A stretch of DNA of 63,915 nt, filler included, from Candidatus Hydrogenedentota bacterium (GTDB taxonomy: Bacteria > JBFMHD01), in NCBI GenBank assembly GCA_040752395.1. It is 8 parts of 8 records of this genome, joined end to end, with 100 filler letters (N's around TTAATTAATTAA, not from the genome) between each part and the next. Parts side by side here need not be neighbours in the genome. Positions count along the whole stretch, not along the records: positions 58,103 to 63,915 come from JBFMHD010000175.1; 7 more parts are not named here. One strand, 5' to 3'. Positions within the stretch are counted from its first letter, which is position 1. Each line of letters begins with the position of its first letter. Positions 61,101 to 63,915 of this stretch are shown piece after piece. The position numbers and the translations under genes were made by a program. The notes under the pieces are model-generated. The model saw nothing but the letters and a program-made list of their open reading frames with translations. It was not told the origin of the DNA and made no database searches.

Positions 61101-63908
61101 GATATCCTGAGTATATCTACCTATCTGGGTTCTGATAGAAGCCCATTGGGTATCAGTTGCATTTGAAAAATCCATCCTGAAACAAAGTGAATTCTGGACT
61201 TCGCCAGCAGGCAGGGTTGCATTATGACCAATATCTTTTATTACTTCTAAATAAGCATTCCCGAAAGTACCTGCTCTATTTGATTGCGGAAGAATAGTTC
61301 CTATACTCGGGATATATGGTGGTGGTGCCGGGATATAGGGGTCTTCGCTTACTGATAAATTTATGTCTTTATCAATATCTTCGAAATCTTCTACGCTCGC
61401 AGAGCCATAAGTATTAGGTTCGCGAATGCTTTTTGCATACTCACCCTGTAATGATATATTAAAAAAATCAGCCCATTTATACGAAAAATCTTTTTCTCTG
61501 AACCTGTTCAAACCATCAATAAGTAAATGCAAGGGTCTCAATGAACCATTAATATCAAAGAGCGATAATTCATCAGGCTGGGTGAATGCATCTGGTATCT
61601 CATCTGGTTTACTTGAAAAATCTTTTAGTAAAGTAGCACCTAAATTTATGTTGCTATTAAAATCGATCTCTGTTCTTGAACCGATGAGCGTTCTTTCATA
61701 AATGCCGCCAAAAGGTGAGTATTCATAGTGTATAACAACTTTACTTGTGGGTTTAATAAGATTAGGGTCAAAAAATTGTATAAGACCTACATCATAATCA
61801 ATAAAATAATCAACCTCTCTCTGTTTCTTTACGCCGTCAACTAAAACTATCTCACTCCCCTCGATTATATCAAACCCGAGAATAAATGTATTTCTTGCGC
61901 TTTGGAATTCTAAATGGAAATCATATTGGTTCTGGTTTATATCCGGGAAAGCCTTATCGTAGATCTCAGTATCAGAAAGCGCTCTTACCACGGGGTCAGC
62001 GTCATCAGTAAGGTCAAATGGTCTTGTATCACCAAGCGGATTATTAACATCGATCCCGCGAAAATCAATAATCCCGAGTTCATAATTAATAAATTCAGGG
62101 TCGATATGTTCATCCTTATCCTTATCAAGCCCGAAATGCTGAATATACGGTACATTAAGCGAAGAAATATCAGAACCATTTCTATCTCTTATCTCGAGCA
62201 CGAAATTATTGGGATTAATAAGAGTGGCACCGATATTATAGATTGTTCTTAACTGATATTTTAAATATTTAGAATAGTCAGTAAGTATCTCTGGTTTAAT
62301 AAGCAATGGTGTATCTGTTCCTACAGTGGAACCACCCTTTCTTGAAAAACTTACAGCTATAACATCATCCTGATCAATACTTTTCTGCATAATAATAATG
62401 CCGTCAGAACCATCAACAGTAAAATCTATCCCATTAAATAAAATGTCGAAATTGCCCTGATAAACATCGGTATCATTCTGCACTTTAAAGTTATAGAGAG
62501 TACTTGTTTTATCTGTTGCAGCGTTTCTATCATCAAGATATACATTAACATTTGAGATAGGTAATTTCGTGGGGTCGAACTCAAGAACAAAATATTGCAT
62601 AGAGACAAAATTTCGAGCAGGTATATTAACTTCCTGGAACTCATTCTGTCCTGTGAATTCTTTTAATGCAGAGACACCCTTAGTCTTTGTTCCGGCAGCT
62701 GTAAAAAATAATCTATCAGCCTGGATACCCATAAAATCAAAGTCTCTTACAGTAACGCTACCAAGCACACCGAACAAACTCTTATTGAACATAGCGAACT
62801 CGGTGCTGCCAAGATTCATACTAACGTCACCGAATTGAGCATCGTATGTTACATCGCCATATCTTGTTGATCGTTCTCGACCGACATAGTTTATACTTAT
62901 CTGCTGTCTATTTTTATTTTCCTGTGAATCATCAAAATTAACGCTTATATCGATATGGTCATCTTCAGGTGGTCCTATTCTTCCCTGTACTCTCACCTGG
63001 AGCTGTTGTTTTATGTCAAGGTCGCCCTCAACATCTTCTCTACCTTCCTGCTTTTCTTTGTATTTTGTAACAGAATAAGCTGCCTCAATAGTTTTTCTAC
63101 CTGTGATACTTAGCTGTGATTTAAAAGGCAGTTCCCATTCAAGTCTTTCGCCGACCCTGCGTTTTTTTTCAGCTTCTTTTTTCTCTTTAAGATAATCTTT
63201 AAATCTTCTCCATACGCTCTTATATTCAATTGGCGGTTCTTCTTCACCTTCAGGGAGACGGCGATAGAGCGGTGGGATACGATTAAATTCAAGGTCTATT
63301 TCTGATGGTATGAAGATCTCCTCTTTATCTTTAAGCTTTTCTATCTTTAAAGGTTCTGGTTCTTTAAATTCTGGCAGAGGTTCCTTTATTTCTTCTATTT
63401 TAACCTCTTCTTTAACTTCTTTTTGTATCTTCTCCTCTTTTTTTTCTTTATAAAATTCCTCATATTCTTCTTTTTCTTTTTCTTTGGTCTCAGTCGGTTT
63501 AATAGCTCTCATTTTAAATTTTAATTCACGTTGGTCTTCAAGGAACTTATTCTGTATCTCATCGAATCGCCTGATTTTAGCGGTTCTACACAGGAAATAT
63601 ATTTTTTCATATATCTTATTGAGTTCTAACATTAATTCATCTTTATATTTATCATCATAAATCCTGCTTTTGATTGATTTAATAACCTCAGAATATGCGT
63701 TGATCGCTTCTTCTAAGCAGTTTTCATATTCTTTTAAATCCTTGTCTTTAACCATTCGTCCCGTTTCTTCCCACGTTTCAGCAGTTTGCAACCATATTTT
63801 CTCGAGAGCAGTGTAAATAATACGTTTATTGTTAAATGGAAAAAGTATTTCGGGTATAAACAATAAAAATATTATTAAAATTTTTAGTCTTATATAATAA
63901 AATAACAT
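58161..63908 (-). CDS. SprA-like giant outer-membrane beta-barrel (T9SS translocon homologue)
   Basis: QQLQVRVQGRIG, VNFDD, GSEIVLVDG..REVDYFIDY..G, EDING/DSEDLDNDG, WLNEI, long amphipathic beta-strand C-terminal third ending FEWIF. Confidence 0.75.
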   Translation of the reverse strand: MLFYYIRLKILIIFLLFIPEILFPFNNKRIIYTALEKIWLQTAETWEETGRMVKDKDLKEYENCLEEAINAYSEVIKSIKSRIYDDKYKDELMLELNKIYEKIYFLCRTAKIRRFDEIQNKFLEDQRELKFKMRAIKPTETKEKEKEEYEEFYKEKKEEKIQKEVKEEVKIEEIKEPLPEFKEPEPLKIEKLKDKEEIFIPSEIDLEFNRIPPLYRRLPEGEEEPPIEYKSVWRRFKDYLKEKKEAEKKRRVGERLEWELPFKSQLSITGRKTIEAAYSVTKYKEKQEGREDVEGDLDIKQQLQVRVQGRIGPPEDDHIDISVNFDDSQENKNRQQISINYVGRERSTRYGDVTYDAQFGDVSMNLGSTEFAMFNKSLFGVLGSVTVRDFDFMGIQADRLFFTAAGTKTKGVSALKEFTGQNEFQEVNIPARNFVSMQYFVLEFDPTKLPISNVNVYLDDRNAATDKTSTLYNFKVQNDTDVYQGNFDILFNGIDFTVDGSDGIIIMQKSIDQDDVIAVSFSRKGGSTVGTDTPLLIKPEILTDYSKYLKYQLRTIYNIGATLINPNNFVLEIRDRNGSDISSLNVPYIQHFGLDKDKDEHIDPEFINYELGIIDFRGIDVNNPLGDTRPFDLTDDADPVVRALSDTEIYDKAFPDINQNQYDFHLEFQSARNTFILGFDIIEGSEIVLVDGVKKQREVDYFIDYDVGLIQFFDPNLIKPTSKVVIHYEYSPFGGIYERTLIGSRTEIDFNSNINLGATLLKDFSSKPDEIPDAFTQPDELSLFDINGSLRPLHLLIDGLNRFREKDFSYKWADFFNISLQGEYAKSIREPNTYGSASVEDFEDIDKDINLSVSEDPYIPAPPPYIPSIGTILPQSNRAGTFGNAYLEVIKDIGHNATLPAGEVQNSLCFRMDFSNATDTQWASIRTQIGRYTQDISDYTSIEFWLGVPAGTDTSNLEIYIELGLIQEDADNDGLDDEDINGDDILNPGEDVGINVGGIVKGMIGGKPNGILDSEDLDNDGSLDSINKYFVYGDLLKTYLNRTVDINFTSVGTIRWFGFLIPIDGDTAEINSPTLTTVKDVRITIYKNTAVNLGQLSVYFDYFSIIGSNFEDDDLKDSVVIFSVNSEKDADYVENNYFRSIHGLEAGVKEQALKISYSLPPSSKGSATRDFSNLGGGFSFSRSMDFSDYRILEFYLYRKVSALPKEPLLHLQFGADNNNYIQYTTDLNNVAFNTWTKETIKLDDVKNILTQRLAGGVISTDTTLSGNYTILGDPSLHTIKQIKIILENQDTAVTITSGELWLNEIVLTDIIKDDGSANKLSFSTQFGKYLSLSGGFRNVGGDFRGVGMINNPVTNTYVNTDQKSKSLSGNTAIENFIPSKWRISLPLNFSWQENESKLEENIETVKRSDLGEVKSINRSLSGGLTVWRLPTVSASYSDNDNSQNYKKDKQKSDNSTLSLSTGYSYTFNKKMFKIIPIGQQLSFNTSCNYNNSDNRTHYYTGSRTNQIEFTKTATENYSYSFQNRVFNWLTYGYSGSQNSEKTISNLTLGYDGLKNRNHNVIFSLDFMKYKGFDPLVNITGGYNESFSRVTGAQYKIKSAGLTGNFDFSLGIYPAELIKFLKFIDIRYSYKRALSASYNNLQGGVSFSSIYKDYIRKRLFPFEESKIEFNTDYISSNRQSASTVITHNYDGNIYTIQPLSISYNVSKITNNLLDLSSESVSDALNYGMSLNLNVGQVWKWLGRKTQSTYLSSRFSFSENENVSSKSKSFTPSLTWNFQWTSNFNTVYNMNYSRSESLSKAPNSVPTIDKKLSPSLRFNYSMDKPFFIKVPLKKKGIEIQNQFTISGGTSGDFTTHKENNKKTTDTRNYNFDLGASYRVRQNINISFSGNGGYYQDKVRSGQDKYTLGFNSRFEWIF

Positions 63909-63915
63909 AAATTTT

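Overview
Low-GC (roughly one third by eye) bacterial draft-genome window made of 8 contigs joined by 100-bp N/TTAATTAATTAA linkers, so adjacency across linkers is artificial. Contents: an RND permease; asnB; a CDF-HflK fusion/HflC/HflK operon; an ECF sigma/anti-sigma triad; an IS701 relic; a BMP-type nucleoside ABC transporter; a secreted FG-GAP protein with a T9SS-like C-terminal domain coupled to a PorV-family gene; fapA; moxR-DUF58-batABCDE; a GC-rich foreign YfhO-like gene; rplM-rpsI; metK-ahcY; a sigma54 two-component pair; thiC and moaA/moaC/mog interrupted by a HEPN-MNT module; a nucleoside catabolism cluster; and a 1915-aa SprA-like outer-membrane protein. The most striking non-coding signal is a window-wide family of mosaic intergenic elements. 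They are built from heptamer-armed hairpins closed by TGAAAA/TTTTCA, a GTAG-type REP hairpin, and a conserved TATTAGAGTTACA-N-(C/T)GTTTTTCAGAGGAG end that supplies the Shine-Dalgarno of unrelated genes. Other highlights are T9SS-like parts (SprA, PorV, cargo) in an apparently flagellated organism, the metal-transporter/SPFH fusion, and a duplicated moaA 3' end bracketing a TA module. All family assignments come from motif recognition, not database searches.
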